This document shows, piece after piece, positions 35,955-45,934 of a stretch of 64,000 nucleotides of DNA. The notes beneath the pieces are model-generated. The model was not told the origin of the DNA. It did no database searches and worked only from the letters and a program-made list of their open reading frames with translations. Source of the stretch: Deltaproteobacteria bacterium (GTDB lineage: Bacteria > Myxococcota > Kuafuiibacteriia > Kuafuiibacteriales > Kuafuiibacteriaceae); contig JAVJQW010000050.1 of the NCBI GenBank assembly GCA_040218735.1, positions 1-64,000 on the forward strand, read 5' to 3'. A program made the position numbers and the translations under genes. How positions within the stretch are numbered: the first letter of the stretch is position 1; every line of letters starts with the position of its first letter.

Positions 35955-37400
35955 TCAGCGCTTCCGGCGGCCGGAGACGGTGTGCAGCTTGAGCATGTTC
36001 GTGGGCTGCGAGGGCGCGAACGGCATCTTCGTGGTGATGACGACGGTGCCGCCCTCGGGGAGCAGCCCGCGGTCGAGCGCCGTCGACTCCACCGCGCTGA
36101 CGAGTGACTCGACGTTGGTGGGCGGCGCGATCTTCAGCGGGCGCACGCCCCAGTACAGCCCCATGCGGCGGACCTCTTCGTCCGTCGAGGCGCACCCGAA
36201 GATCTGGCAGTGCGGGCGCCAATTCGCGACCAGGCGCGGGCCGAGGCCGCCCTGCGTCCAGGAAGCGATCGCGACCGCCGACATCTCCCGCGCCGTGACC
36301 ACGGCCGCGTGCGAGATCGCCCACGCGTGCGAGGAACGGAGGTCGTCGACGAACTTCGGGACGGAGAACGGATCCGGCGCCGTCTCGGCCGCGTTCGCGA
36401 GCGCCGACATCGTCTCGACCGCCTTCACCGGGAAGTCACCCATCGCGGTCTCGTCGGAGAGCATGACGGCGTCGGCGCCGTCGAAGACCGCGTTGGCGAC
36501 GTCCGAGACCTCGGCGTGGGTCGGCCGCGCGTGGTTCGTCATCGACATCAACATCTGCGTCGCGACGACGGTGATCTTGCCGTGCTCGCGCGCCATGCGG
36601 ATCGCGCGGCGCTGTACGCCGGGGACCTGCTCGGCGGGGAGCTCCACCCCGAGGTCGCCGCGCGCGACCATGATGCCGTCGCTCGCCTTGATGATGTGTT
36701 CGAGGCGCTCGACGGCCTCCGGCTTCTCGATCTTCGAGATGATCGGCACGACGCGGCCGTGCGCGCGCATGTGCTCGCGGAGCTGCTCGACGTCGTGCGG
36801 CGACCGGACGAACGACAGCGCGACCCAGTCCACGCCGATCGACAGTCCGAACGCGAGATCGTCGAGGTCCTTTTCGGTCATCGACGGCGCGGAGATCTGC
36901 GTGCCCGGGAGGTTGATGCCCTTGTTCGAGGAGACCTTGCCGCCGAGGACGACCTTGCACTTCACCTCGGTGCCGTCGATCGCGATGACGTCGAGGCCGA
37001 CGCGACCGTCGTTGAGGAGGACGCGCTCGCCGACGCTGAGATCCTTCGCGAGCCGGTCGTAGGTCGTCGGCATGCGATTCACGTCGCCGACGAAGCTCCC
37101 GTCGGCGGACAGGGTGACCTCGGCGTCCGTCTCGAGCATGACGGCGTCCTCGAGTTTGCCGAGGCGAATCTTGGGGCCTTGGAGGTCCTGGAGGATCGCG
37201 ATCGGTTTGAGCGTCGTCCGCTCGGCGGCGCGAATCCGCTCCAGTATCGCGCGGTGATCCTCGTGTGCGCCGTGGCTGAAGTTGAGGCGCGCGACGTCGA
37301 GGCCGGCGCGGATCAGCTGCTCGAGCGTCTCCTGCGACGCGGACGCCGGACCGATGGTGCCGATGATCTTCGTGCGGCGCAGGTGTGATTCGGTGACCAC
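35955..37400 (-). CDS. pyk: Pyruvate kinase
   Basis: RRTKIIGTIGPAS, ARLNFSHG, DLQGPKIR, SKIEK, MVARGDLGVE, ATQML. Confidence 0.98.
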   Translation of the reverse strand: MVTESHLRRTKIIGTIGPASASQETLEQLIRAGLDVARLNFSHGAHEDHRAILERIRAAERTTLKPIAILQDLQGPKIRLGKLEDAVMLETDAEVTLSADGSFVGDVNRMPTTYDRLAKDLSVGERVLLNDGRVGLDVIAIDGTEVKCKVVLGGKVSSNKGINLPGTQISAPSMTEKDLDDLAFGLSIGVDWVALSFVRSPHDVEQLREHMRAHGRVVPIISKIEKPEAVERLEHIIKASDGIMVARGDLGVELPAEQVPGVQRRAIRMAREHGKITVVATQMLMSMTNHARPTHAEVSDVANAVFDGADAVMLSDETAMGDFPVKAVETMSALANAAETAPDPFSVPKFVDDLRSSHAWAISHAAVVTAREMSAVAIASWTQGGLGPRLVANWRPHCQIFGCASTDEEVRRMGLYWGVRPLKIAPPTNVESLVSAVESTALDRGLLPEGGTVVITTKMPFAPSQPTNMLKLHTVSGRRKR

Positions 37401-37558
37401 GCCCCACGTCTAACGTAGACGTCAGGGCGTGAACAGGGCGTCCACGCTCGGGACCGTCACAGCGCGCTCCACGAGGCGCTGGGCCTCCTCGACCGTCGCC
37501 GCGAGGACCCGCGCGCGCACCTACTCCGAAACCTCGAAGCCCCGCTGCGCCAGCACGG

Positions 37559-39799
37559 TCAGCACGGACTTCGCGAGCCCGCGCGCCGACCTTCGTGGCG
37601 CCCTTCACGGCGGCGCAGCGCGAGGGCGCCGCCGAGCACGAGCAGCCACGCCCACGACCATTCGGAGCGGCCCCAGGTCGTCGCTTCACATCCGCAGCCT
37701 CCGCCGCGGCGGCTGCCGGTGTCGATCGCGGCGGTGACGAAGCGCGCGCGGACGATGACGTTGCCGGTGGCCTGCGTGAAGTCGGCGTCGAAGACACTCA
37801 CCGCGATGGTCGTCGTCGCGACCTCCGTGGGCATGCCGACGATCGCGCCGCGCGTGGCGTCGAACGTGAGGCCCGGCTGGAGCGAACCGGACTGGATTTG
37901 CCAGGTGTACGGCGGCACGCCGCCACGCGCCATGAGCAGGACGTCGTTGTCCGCGTTGATGCGCACCGAGACGTCGGAGGTGACCAGCTCCAGCGCCGTC
38001 AGCTCCGAGACGTCGAGCGTCAACGCGCCCGAGACCGAGCCGCCGTCCGCGTCCGTGGCGCTGACGTTCATCGTGAAGCTCCCGACCATCGTCCCCGTCC
38101 CCGCGAGGAGGCCCGAACCGTCCACCGCGAAGCCCGGGGGCGCCGCGTCGACCGTGACGGTGTAGGGCGGGCGCCCGCCCGTCACGAGCGCCGCCGAGTA
38201 CGGCCGACCGACCACCGCAGCGGCGAGCGCCGAGGTGAGCACCAGCGGCCCCGCGGCCACCGCTTCGATCGACAGCGGCACCACCGCGTTGTCCCCGAGC
38301 CCGTCGACGATCGACACCGTCATCATCGACACCCCCGCGGCGTCGGGTGTGCCCGTCGCCTCGCCGGTGCTGACGACCGTGAGCCACGAGGGCGCACCCG
38401 AGATCACCTGGAACGCGTACGGTGCCGTGCCGCCCGTCGCCTCGAGCTGGGCCATGTACGCCGCACCGACCGTCGCGGCCGGGAGCGAAGACGACGTGAG
38501 GCGAATGCCCGTCGTCGCGCCGTCGATCGTGAGCGTCAGCCCCTGCGTCACCGGCTCCAGGCCGTCACCGGAGCACTCCACGACGAACGAGCTCGTGGTC
38601 GCCGCCGTCGGCGTCCCGAAGATCAGGCCGTCGGATTCGATCGACAGCCCCGCGGGCAAGGCACCTTGCACGACCCGCCACACCGGCGTCGACGCACCGA
38701 CCTGATTCAGCGCCGCCTCGTAGTACGTCCCGATCTCTCCGTTCGGCAGCGACGTCGTGGTGATGACGATTTCGTTCCCCGCGGGGACGACGTCGACGGC
38801 GCCCAGCTGCTGCAGGTTGTCGTTCTCGTTCGTCTCACTGACGACGCCCCCCGCGTCCGCGTAGAGCGCGAGGTAGAAGCGGCCCGTCTGCGACGGCACC
38901 ATGAACGTGAGCGTCCCCGAGATCGCGTTCCCGGCCGGCACGGTCGACACCGACGCCGACCCCAACGCAAACCCGGCCGTCGTCACCGGCGTCGTCTCGC
39001 CGACCAAGAGCGCGACCTCGCTGGCGCCCGCCGGGCCCGCGCCGTCGTTGGCGAGCTCGAAGTCGATCGAGACCGTCGCTCCCTCCGGCACCGACGCCGG
39101 GATCGTCGTCAGCGAGAACACCCGAAGGTTCGGCGACTGCGGCGGGTTGTTGCTCGGCGAGAATCCGATCGCGGTGCCGCTCGGGACGTCCGTCAACGTG
39201 CAGGTCGGCGAGCACGGCAACGAGACACCGTTGGCGCCGGTCGCGTCCTCCAGACCGATCGTCGCCGACCACGACGAGCCCCCCACGCGCGGCCCGTAGA
39301 TGAACGCGATCGTGTCGGTGCTCCCGTCGATCGCGACCTGGTAGCTCGCGGTCTCGCCGGAGAAGTTCAGCGCCTCGTTACTCACCCACTCGATCACCAG
39401 CGTCGTGCCGGTGACATACGAGTACGCCGCCGCGCCGTTCTGGAAGGTCTGGTCGAACCACATCGGCGCGAGGAACGCGTTGGGCGTCGTCGTGCTGGGG
39501 ATGGCGACGTTCGAGTACTCGGTGTCCCCCGTCCCGATGGTCAGCAGACCGTTGGTCGTCACGTACAGCGGCGTCCCCGACGGGATGGTCTGGCCGAAGT
39601 AGTCGAAGCTGAACGGCAACGTGACCGTTCCGTAGTCGTCATCGCTGGCCGGCACGTTCACCGGCGTCCCCATCGAGACGATGCTGCTGTACGTGCCCGA
39701 GACGACCTGCGTCGTGTAGCTCTGGGCCGAAGCAGTGGTCGCGAATCCGGAGGCGGCTGTCGCGAGTGTGAGAATCCGTACGAATCGAGCGCGCACCAA
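37559..39799 (-). CDS. Surface protein with CARDB and putative Ig (He_PIG) domains and MYXO-CTERM
   Basis: Signal peptide; VSETNENDN (CARDB); repeated GG(T/V/R)(A/P)PYxF...LPAGL...GTPT; GGGCGC-TM-RRR tail. Confidence 0.82.
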   Translation of the reverse strand: MVRARFVRILTLATAASGFATTASAQSYTTQVVSGTYSSIVSMGTPVNVPASDDDYGTVTLPFSFDYFGQTIPSGTPLYVTTNGLLTIGTGDTEYSNVAIPSTTTPNAFLAPMWFDQTFQNGAAAYSYVTGTTLVIEWVSNEALNFSGETASYQVAIDGSTDTIAFIYGPRVGGSSWSATIGLEDATGANGVSLPCSPTCTLTDVPSGTAIGFSPSNNPPQSPNLRVFSLTTIPASVPEGATVSIDFELANDGAGPAGASEVALLVGETTPVTTAGFALGSASVSTVPAGNAISGTLTFMVPSQTGRFYLALYADAGGVVSETNENDNLQQLGAVDVVPAGNEIVITTTSLPNGEIGTYYEAALNQVGASTPVWRVVQGALPAGLSIESDGLIFGTPTAATTSSFVVECSGDGLEPVTQGLTLTIDGATTGIRLTSSSLPAATVGAAYMAQLEATGGTAPYAFQVISGAPSWLTVVSTGEATGTPDAAGVSMMTVSIVDGLGDNAVVPLSIEAVAAGPLVLTSALAAAVVGRPYSAALVTGGRPPYTVTVDAAPPGFAVDGSGLLAGTGTMVGSFTMNVSATDADGGSVSGALTLDVSELTALELVTSDVSVRINADNDVLLMARGGVPPYTWQIQSGSLQPGLTFDATRGAIVGMPTEVATTTIAVSVFDADFTQATGNVIVRARFVTAAIDTGSRRGGGCGCEATTWGRSEWSWAWLLVLGGALALRRREGRHEGRRAGSRSPC

Positions 39800-39856
39800 G
39801 GAGACCTCCCCAACTGCGTCCTACGCAGCGCGGGGGCGATCCTACCTCAGGTTTCG

Positions 39857-40291
39857 TCAGAACGAATCGTCATCGTCGTCGTCGAAGTCTTCTTCTTCTT
39901 CGTCGTCGTCGAATTCGAAGTCGTCGTCGTCGAAGTCCTCGTCGTCGTCGTCCTCGTCGTCGAAGTCCTCGTCGTCCTCGTCCTCTTCGTCTTCGTCGTC
40001 ATCCCCACTTCGGACGAGGCCGAGGGCCCCTCCGCCCTCGTCGTCCGAGGGGCCGTAGGGGGGCGGAAGCTCGTCGTTGTCGAGGTTCAGCTCGAACTGA
40101 ACCTTGCTCCGCAGCGCCGCCATCGCCGTGAGCAGGTCGTCGAGTGCCTGCGCAAACGAGTGGCAGCGGTTGGAGCTCGGACGCGCGCCGCAGTGACTGC
40201 ACTTGATGGCGGTCGGGCGCTCGAGGAGCTGCGTGATGTTGACGTCGAAGTCGGCCTCACAAGAGTTGCACTGGAAGGTAATGGTGCTCAT
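39857..40291 (-). CDS. Zinc-ribbon protein with poly-acidic tail
   Basis: CNSC...CSHC; C-terminal stretch of more than 40 residues, nearly all D/E. Confidence 0.75.
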   Translation of the reverse strand: MSTITFQCNSCEADFDVNITQLLERPTAIKCSHCGARPSSNRCHSFAQALDDLLTAMAALRSKVQFELNLDNDELPPPYGPSDDEGGGALGLVRSGDDDEDEEDEDDEDFDDEDDDDEDFDDDDFEFDDDEEEEDFDDDDDDSF

Positions 40292-40421
40292 GCGGCGGTC
40301 CCTGTTTCGCGGCCGGAGATTGGGGGGAGATGGAGCGGATGTCGAGGGGGAGCTCACAAAAAATGGACGCGCCCCGCTCGACTCGACAAGCCCTCGGCCC
40401 CGCGGCTACCGTCGTAGCGCG

Positions 40422-41247
40422 TTGAAGCTCGCCGTCCCGATCGTCCTGCTCGTCGCCGCGGCCGCCTGCGTCCCCGAGGCCGTGGAGCCGATGCGCGACG
40501 GCGGTCCGGTGCAGACCAGCACCACCACCGACGCGGGACCGTCCCGACGCCGGCACCGACAGCGACGCCGGGGTTCGCGACGCCGGCGCACGCGACGCCG
40601 GCACCGCGCCGCGCGACGCGGGTGTGTACGACGGCGGCCCCGTCGTCGACACCGACATGGACGGCATCCCCGACGACGAGGACCCGATGCCCACGTCGCC
40701 GAACACCCTGCTGTTCTCGGATCAGTTCGACGACGTCGGACCCGAGTGGATCTTCTCGTCGGTGTCGATGTCGATCCGCCCCGAGCGCAGCCAGCTCGTC
40801 GTCAATCGCCTCGAGCCGTTCGAGCGCGAGGGTTGGATCGGGCCGCAGCCGACCTGGGGGGACTACCTGATTCGTACGCTGATCCGCGTCGACCGCGTCG
40901 GCAACGACAGCTCCGCACGCAGCGGACACGCGGGCCTCATCGCCCGCGTGAGCCAGGTGACGCCGAGCCGCTACGTCACGTGCGGCGTGGACCTCAAGGA
41001 GCGCGAGCTCGTCCTCGCCGAGCACGAGGGCACCATCGCGACGACGCTCGAGAGCGTCCCCGGCACGTTCGAGCCCGGGCAATGGTTGCGCATCAACCTG
41101 CGCACCGAGGGACCGAATTACGTGTGCACGGTCGGCGGCGTCGAGCTCACCGCGCGCTCGACGACGTTCTTCGCGGGGTCGATCGGCTTCAGGACCTACG
41201 ACTCGACCTTCGCGGCGGACTGGGTCGAGGTCTACGAGATCTTCTGA
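40422..41247 (+). pseudogene. Frameshifted lipoprotein gene (DAG linker, DxDxDG Ca-binding loop, ConA-like/DUF1080-like domain)
   Basis: Signal peptide LKLAVPIVLLVAAAAC in one frame up to ~40536; the DAG repeats and globular domain continue in the +1 frame (ORF 40624..41247). Confidence 0.65.
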
Positions 41248-42083
41248 GCCTCGGCCGCCTTGGCCTCCTCCCAGCGCGCCTCGAGCTCGTCGAGCGAGGC
41301 CTCCTGCATCGGACGGCCCGCCGCCTTCATCGCGCGCTCCACGTGCTCGAAGCGCCGGCTGAAGCGATCCACGGTGCGGCGCAGCGCCTCCTCGGCGTTC
41401 ACGTCGACGAAGCGCGCGACGTTCACCATCGTGAACAACAGGTCGCCGAGCTCGTGCTCGATCTGCGCGGGGTCGTTCGAGGCGACCGCCGCCTTCAGCT
41501 CGGCGAGCTCCTCGTCGAGTTTGTCGATGGGGCCCGCGATCTTGTCCCAGTCGAACCCGACCTTGCTCGCCTTGTCCGTCACGCGCTGCGCGCGGAGGAG
41601 CGCGGGGAGCTGACGCGGCACGCCCGAGAGCACGGACTTGTCGCCCTTCTCCTTCGCCTTCATCTCCTCCCAGCGCTTGTAGGCGTGGTCGGCGTCGTGC
41701 GCGTCGCGATCGCCGAAGACGTGCGGGTGGCGGCGGACGAGCTTGTCGCTGATGCCGTTCACGACGTCGCGGACGTCGAAGTCACCGTCCTGCCGGCGCA
41801 CCTCGGACTGGAAGACGACCTGCAGCAGCAGGTCGCCGAGCTCCTCCGCGTGGGCCTTCGGGTCGCCGTCGTCGATCGCGTCGAGCACCTCGTAGGCCTC
41901 CTCGACCAGGAACGGCTTGAGCGACTCGAGGTCCTGCTCGCGGTCCCACGGGCACCCGTCCTCGCCGCGCAGCCGCGCCATGATCCCGACCAGGCGCTCG
42001 AAGGCCGCGCCGAACTGGTCGCGGTCCGCGTCGGGGGGCTCGGTGAGGCGGGCTTCGTCGGCGAGGGGCGCGGGGCGGCTCAT
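41232..42083 (-). CDS. mazG: Nucleoside triphosphate pyrophosphohydrolase MazG
   Basis: LRGEDGCPWDREQ, EEAYEVLDAI, EELGDLLLQVVF, KLVRRHPHVFG. Confidence 0.96.
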   Translation of the reverse strand: MSRPAPLADEARLTEPPDADRDQFGAAFERLVGIMARLRGEDGCPWDREQDLESLKPFLVEEAYEVLDAIDDGDPKAHAEELGDLLLQVVFQSEVRRQDGDFDVRDVVNGISDKLVRRHPHVFGDRDAHDADHAYKRWEEMKAKEKGDKSVLSGVPRQLPALLRAQRVTDKASKVGFDWDKIAGPIDKLDEELAELKAAVASNDPAQIEHELGDLLFTMVNVARFVDVNAEEALRRTVDRFSRRFEHVERAMKAAGRPMQEASLDELEARWEEAKAAEAQKIS

Positions 42084-42222
42084 CGGGCGCGGAGGCTACC
42101 GCAGTTCACCGGCCGCCCCGTGCACAAACTTTGTGCGTTTTGGTCGACGCCCAACGAATTTCAAAGTGTTGGCTCGGTCACACCCAGACTTGGGCACACG
42201 TTTTTCACAGCCGACCTACATT

Positions 42223-43830
42223 TCAAGTGGATCGGCGCGCGCGGCGCAGGACTGCCCCCAAGATCAGGGTGCCCTCCTCGATCCGCAGCACCTTCGCGAG
42301 CCCGAAGTACACGGGGATCGCGAACCCGAAGATCCCCGCGAGCCACAGCGCCCCCACGAGGTTGTCGCCGCCGAGCCAGCCTCGGGTCTGGGCCGCCCAC
42401 CCGGCCAGCACCGCGCCGGGGAGGACCGCCACGAAGCACTTGAGCGCGTGCACCGCGACGCTCGGCCCCTTCTTGGGCTCCGACCGCTCACCCACCGTGG
42501 TCCGCACGCGCGCCTTCAGGAGTGCTCCCAGGACGACGACCTGTGCGAGCGCCGCGAGGACGGTCGCGATCGTCAGCCCGTGGATCCCGTAGCGGTCCAT
42601 CGACCACCAGCCCACGGCCCCGGTCGTGACCATCGACGCGAGCGCCGCCGCCACCGGGGTCTTCGTGTCGCCGAGCGCGTAGTACGTCGGCACCATCACG
42701 CGCACCGCGCCGATCGGCACGAGCGCCGTCGCCATCAGCAACACGAGCTCGGCGGTCGTCGCCCCCGCCTGGGCCGTGACGCGCCCGTGCCTGAAGAGCA
42801 CACCGACGATCGGGGTCGCGGCCACGACCATGATCGTCGTCGCCGGCACCGTCACGAAGTTCGTCGCGCGCAGCGCGCGGTTGAAGGTGGCGAGGAGCTT
42901 GTCGACGTCCTTGTTCGCCGCGTGCTCCGAGAGCGTCGGCAGCGCGGCGATGCTGATGCTCACCGCGAAGACCCCCAGCGCGAACTCCTGAAGGCGCGTC
43001 GCCCAGAAGTAGCAGCTCAGGTCGCCCTCCGGCAGGAACGACGCGATCTGCCGGATGATGAGGATGTTGATCTGGTAGACCGCGACGCCGAACACCGCGG
43101 GGAGCATCCGGCGCCCGAGGGTCCGCAGCGTCGGGTGTTTCAGATCCAGCCGCGGCGCGACGATCATCCCCTCCTTCGCGAGGAAGGGCAGCTGGAGCGC
43201 GAGCTGGAGCGCGCCACCGACCAAGAACCCCCACGCGACCGCCTCCACCGGCACCTCGAACAAGTGCCGAAACACGATCGCCGCCACGATGATCGCGACG
43301 TTCAGGAGGATCGGCGCGGCGGCGGGCGCCGCGAAGCGGCCCTGGGTGTTCAGGACGCCGCTCGCCAGGGCCGTCAGGGAGATGAACCCCAAAAAGCCCA
43401 TCATGATGACGGTGAGGTCCGCCGTGAGGGCCGCGCGCTCGTCCTCGAACCCCGCCGCGAACAGCTTCACGGCCTGCTCCGGGAACAGCATCCCCACCGC
43501 GATCAGGACGAGCAGGATGGGGATCAGCACCGCCATCGTAGCGGCGGTGAAGGCCCGCATCGCGTCTAGGCCGCCCCGCTTCTTCTCCTCCGACAGCAGG
43601 GGGATGAAGGCGATCATCAGCGACCCCTCGGCCACCAGGCGCCGCATAAAGTTCGGCACCGTGCTCGCCATGATGTACGCGTCGTGCACGCCCTCGGCCC
43701 CGAAGATGTGCCCGAGCGTCGTGTCCCGGACGAACCCGAGGATCCGGGAGAGGAGCGTGAAGACGGCGACGATCCCCGCCCGACGCGCCATCGTGCGGCC
43801 CTCCGAGCGTCCCTTGTTGCCCTCCGTCAT
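42223..43830 (-). CDS. murJ: Lipid II flippase MurJ
   Basis: TLLSRILGFVRD, VPNFMRRLVAEG, YYALGDTKTP; multi-TM. Confidence 0.95.
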   Translation of the reverse strand: MTEGNKGRSEGRTMARRAGIVAVFTLLSRILGFVRDTTLGHIFGAEGVHDAYIMASTVPNFMRRLVAEGSLMIAFIPLLSEEKKRGGLDAMRAFTAATMAVLIPILLVLIAVGMLFPEQAVKLFAAGFEDERAALTADLTVIMMGFLGFISLTALASGVLNTQGRFAAPAAAPILLNVAIIVAAIVFRHLFEVPVEAVAWGFLVGGALQLALQLPFLAKEGMIVAPRLDLKHPTLRTLGRRMLPAVFGVAVYQINILIIRQIASFLPEGDLSCYFWATRLQEFALGVFAVSISIAALPTLSEHAANKDVDKLLATFNRALRATNFVTVPATTIMVVAATPIVGVLFRHGRVTAQAGATTAELVLLMATALVPIGAVRVMVPTYYALGDTKTPVAAALASMVTTGAVGWWSMDRYGIHGLTIATVLAALAQVVVLGALLKARVRTTVGERSEPKKGPSVAVHALKCFVAVLPGAVLAGWAAQTRGWLGGDNLVGALWLAGIFGFAIPVYFGLAKVLRIEEGTLILGAVLRRARRST

Positions 43831-43901
43831 GCGGCCCCCTTCAAGCCACCGAAACTGTCGCTTGACAACCTCGACGGCGACCGATACCGACCACCCTCTC
43901 T

Positions 43902-44159
43902 ATGGCCAACCACGCATCTGCCAAGAAGCGGCATCGCCAGAACCTCAAGAAGAACGAGCGCAATTCCGCTGTCCGATCGCGGATGCGGAAGGCGATCAAG
44001 GAAGCCCGCGCCGCGGTCGACGCCAACGCGGACGACAAGGCCGCGCAGGTGCAGAAGGCCGTTCGCGAGGTCTACATCGCGTCCTCGAAGAACGTGATTC
44101 AGCCGGGCACCGCGAGCCGCAACGTCTCGCGCCTGATGAAGCTGGCCGCCGCTCGGTAG
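43902..44159 (+). CDS. rpsT: 30S ribosomal protein S20
   Basis: MANHASAKKRHRQ...N...SRMR...ASRNVSRL. TTGACA at 43862. Confidence 0.95.
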   Translation: MANHASAKKRHRQNLKKNERNSAVRSRMRKAIKEARAAVDANADDKAAQVQKAVREVYIASSKNVIQPGTASRNVSRLMKLAAAR

Positions 44160-44187
44160 CGCCGGCCCCCGTACGCGGAGCCTCCCC

Positions 44188-45888
44188 GTGTCGCCCCCGC
44201 TCCCTAGCGGTGCGACGCCCTTCCAGGCGGACATCCTCGCGCTCCAGCTGGAGCTGTATCGCCACAACGAAGACACGATCAACGCCGCGGTCGACGGCTA
44301 CACGCCGCAGTTCGAGCGCTACGCCGCGCGGTACCGCCGGACGGTGCGAAAGGTCGACGGCCCCGCACGACTCGAGCGCCTGATCGAGGCAACCCACGAC
44401 GCTGACGTCACGCTCGTCGGCGACTACCACACCCTCTCGCAGTCCCAGCGCACCTTCTACCGGTTGCTGCGCCGCCAGCCCGAGGACGGCGCGGACATCG
44501 TCGTCGCGCTGGAGATGTTCCCCGCGAGCCACGACGAAAACCTCGCGAAGTTCGTAGCGGGCCGCATCCAGGAGAAGACGCTGCTCCGCCGCGTCGGGCA
44601 CGTCGACCGCTGGCCGTTCGGTTCGCTGCTCCCGCTGCGCCCCGTCTTCGAGCTGTGCCGGGAGCGAGGCTGGCGCGTCATCGGGATCGACACCGACAGC
44701 AGCGCCCCCCTCGACGAACGCGACGCCTTCGCGGCGGAGCGGATCGCCGACGCCCTCGCGGAGGGCGGACGAGCGTTCGTGCTCATCGGCGAGATGCACC
44801 TCGCGCCGGCGCACCTCCCGCGGTCGTTGAAACGAACGCTCCCGAAGAAGTGCCGCGTGCTGCGCGTCCACCAGAACCCGGAGCGAATCTGGTTCGACCA
44901 GGCCGCGCAGGGCGTCGTCGACGACCACGAGGTGCTGCGCATCGGGCCCGACGCCTTCGCGCTCCTCACCGCGTCGCCGGTGGTGTGTCAGCAGTCGTTC
45001 CTGACCTGGCTCGACCGCCTCCAGGACGGCGAGATCGAATCACCGCGTGCGCTCGACGCCGACGCCGCGGAGGACCTCTTCGTCCACGCCGCCAAGATGA
45101 TCGCGCGGGCGTTGGATCTGGGGCTCGGCGAAGCGCTCGACCACGTGGAGATCGTGGGCCCGAGCGACCTGCACTTCTTCGACCGGCTGTGCCGCTCCGG
45201 CATGTTCACGCGCCAGGAGGCGAAGCAGATCAAGGCGCACATCCTCGCGAGTGAGAGCTACTACATCCCGCGCGCCCGCCTCGTGTACCTCGCGACGTTC
45301 TCGATCAACCACGCCGCCGAGGAGGCCTCGCACTTCCTGCGGCACCACGTCAGCGGCGAGGGCCTCGAGGATCCGCAGGGGATGGTCGACGCCTTCTACG
45401 GACGCATCCTCAACGAGGCGATCGGCTTCATGGGCAGCAAACTCGTGAACCCCAAGCGCAAGTGCGTCCACGTCCGTGATCTGAAGAAGCTCGTCGCCGA
45501 CAGCGACGCGCCCCCCGCACCCCGCGGTCACCGGCGCCGCGCGCCGCGCCTCGCATCGACCGGCGGCCACGAGGCCGGCGGCCTCTCCGCCATGGACATC
45601 GAGACGGCGCAGTACGTCGTCGCGCACAAACGGATGGAGCGCGGCACCAAGGTCCCGTGGCTCGCGCAGGTCTTCGACAGCGACGCACAGCTCTTCAACG
45701 CCGTCACCCACGCGCTCGGCTACATCCTCGGCGACCAGCTCTATTACGCGCTCGTCCGCGGCGTCCTCACGAAGGATGACGCCCGACGCCTCTACGCCGA
45801 GCCGTTCGAAGAGGACGGCGCGGCGCTCATGCTCTACTTCGAGCTCGCCACCCGTCTACGCAACGTCCGCATACCGCAACGAACTTGA
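44188..45888 (+). CDS. ChaN/TIKI-like domain protein
   Basis: VTLVGDYH...VVALEMF...ERD..AA.RI...VLIGEMHL pattern; extra C-terminal domain. Confidence 0.65.
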   Translation: MSPPLPSGATPFQADILALQLELYRHNEDTINAAVDGYTPQFERYAARYRRTVRKVDGPARLERLIEATHDADVTLVGDYHTLSQSQRTFYRLLRRQPEDGADIVVALEMFPASHDENLAKFVAGRIQEKTLLRRVGHVDRWPFGSLLPLRPVFELCRERGWRVIGIDTDSSAPLDERDAFAAERIADALAEGGRAFVLIGEMHLAPAHLPRSLKRTLPKKCRVLRVHQNPERIWFDQAAQGVVDDHEVLRIGPDAFALLTASPVVCQQSFLTWLDRLQDGEIESPRALDADAAEDLFVHAAKMIARALDLGLGEALDHVEIVGPSDLHFFDRLCRSGMFTRQEAKQIKAHILASESYYIPRARLVYLATFSINHAAEEASHFLRHHVSGEGLEDPQGMVDAFYGRILNEAIGFMGSKLVNPKRKCVHVRDLKKLVADSDAPPAPRGHRRRAPRLASTGGHEAGGLSAMDIETAQYVVAHKRMERGTKVPWLAQVFDSDAQLFNAVTHALGYILGDQLYYALVRGVLTKDDARRLYAEPFEEDGAALMLYFELATRLRNVRIPQRT

Positions 45889-45934
45889 TTCACTCCATTT
45901 GTGAACGGGCCGGAAGGTGCGATTCTGAGTGGTG

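Noticed and set aside
40203-42443. 746-aa plus-strand ORF
   Set aside because: Chimera of the frameshifted lipoprotein start and the antisense of mazG.
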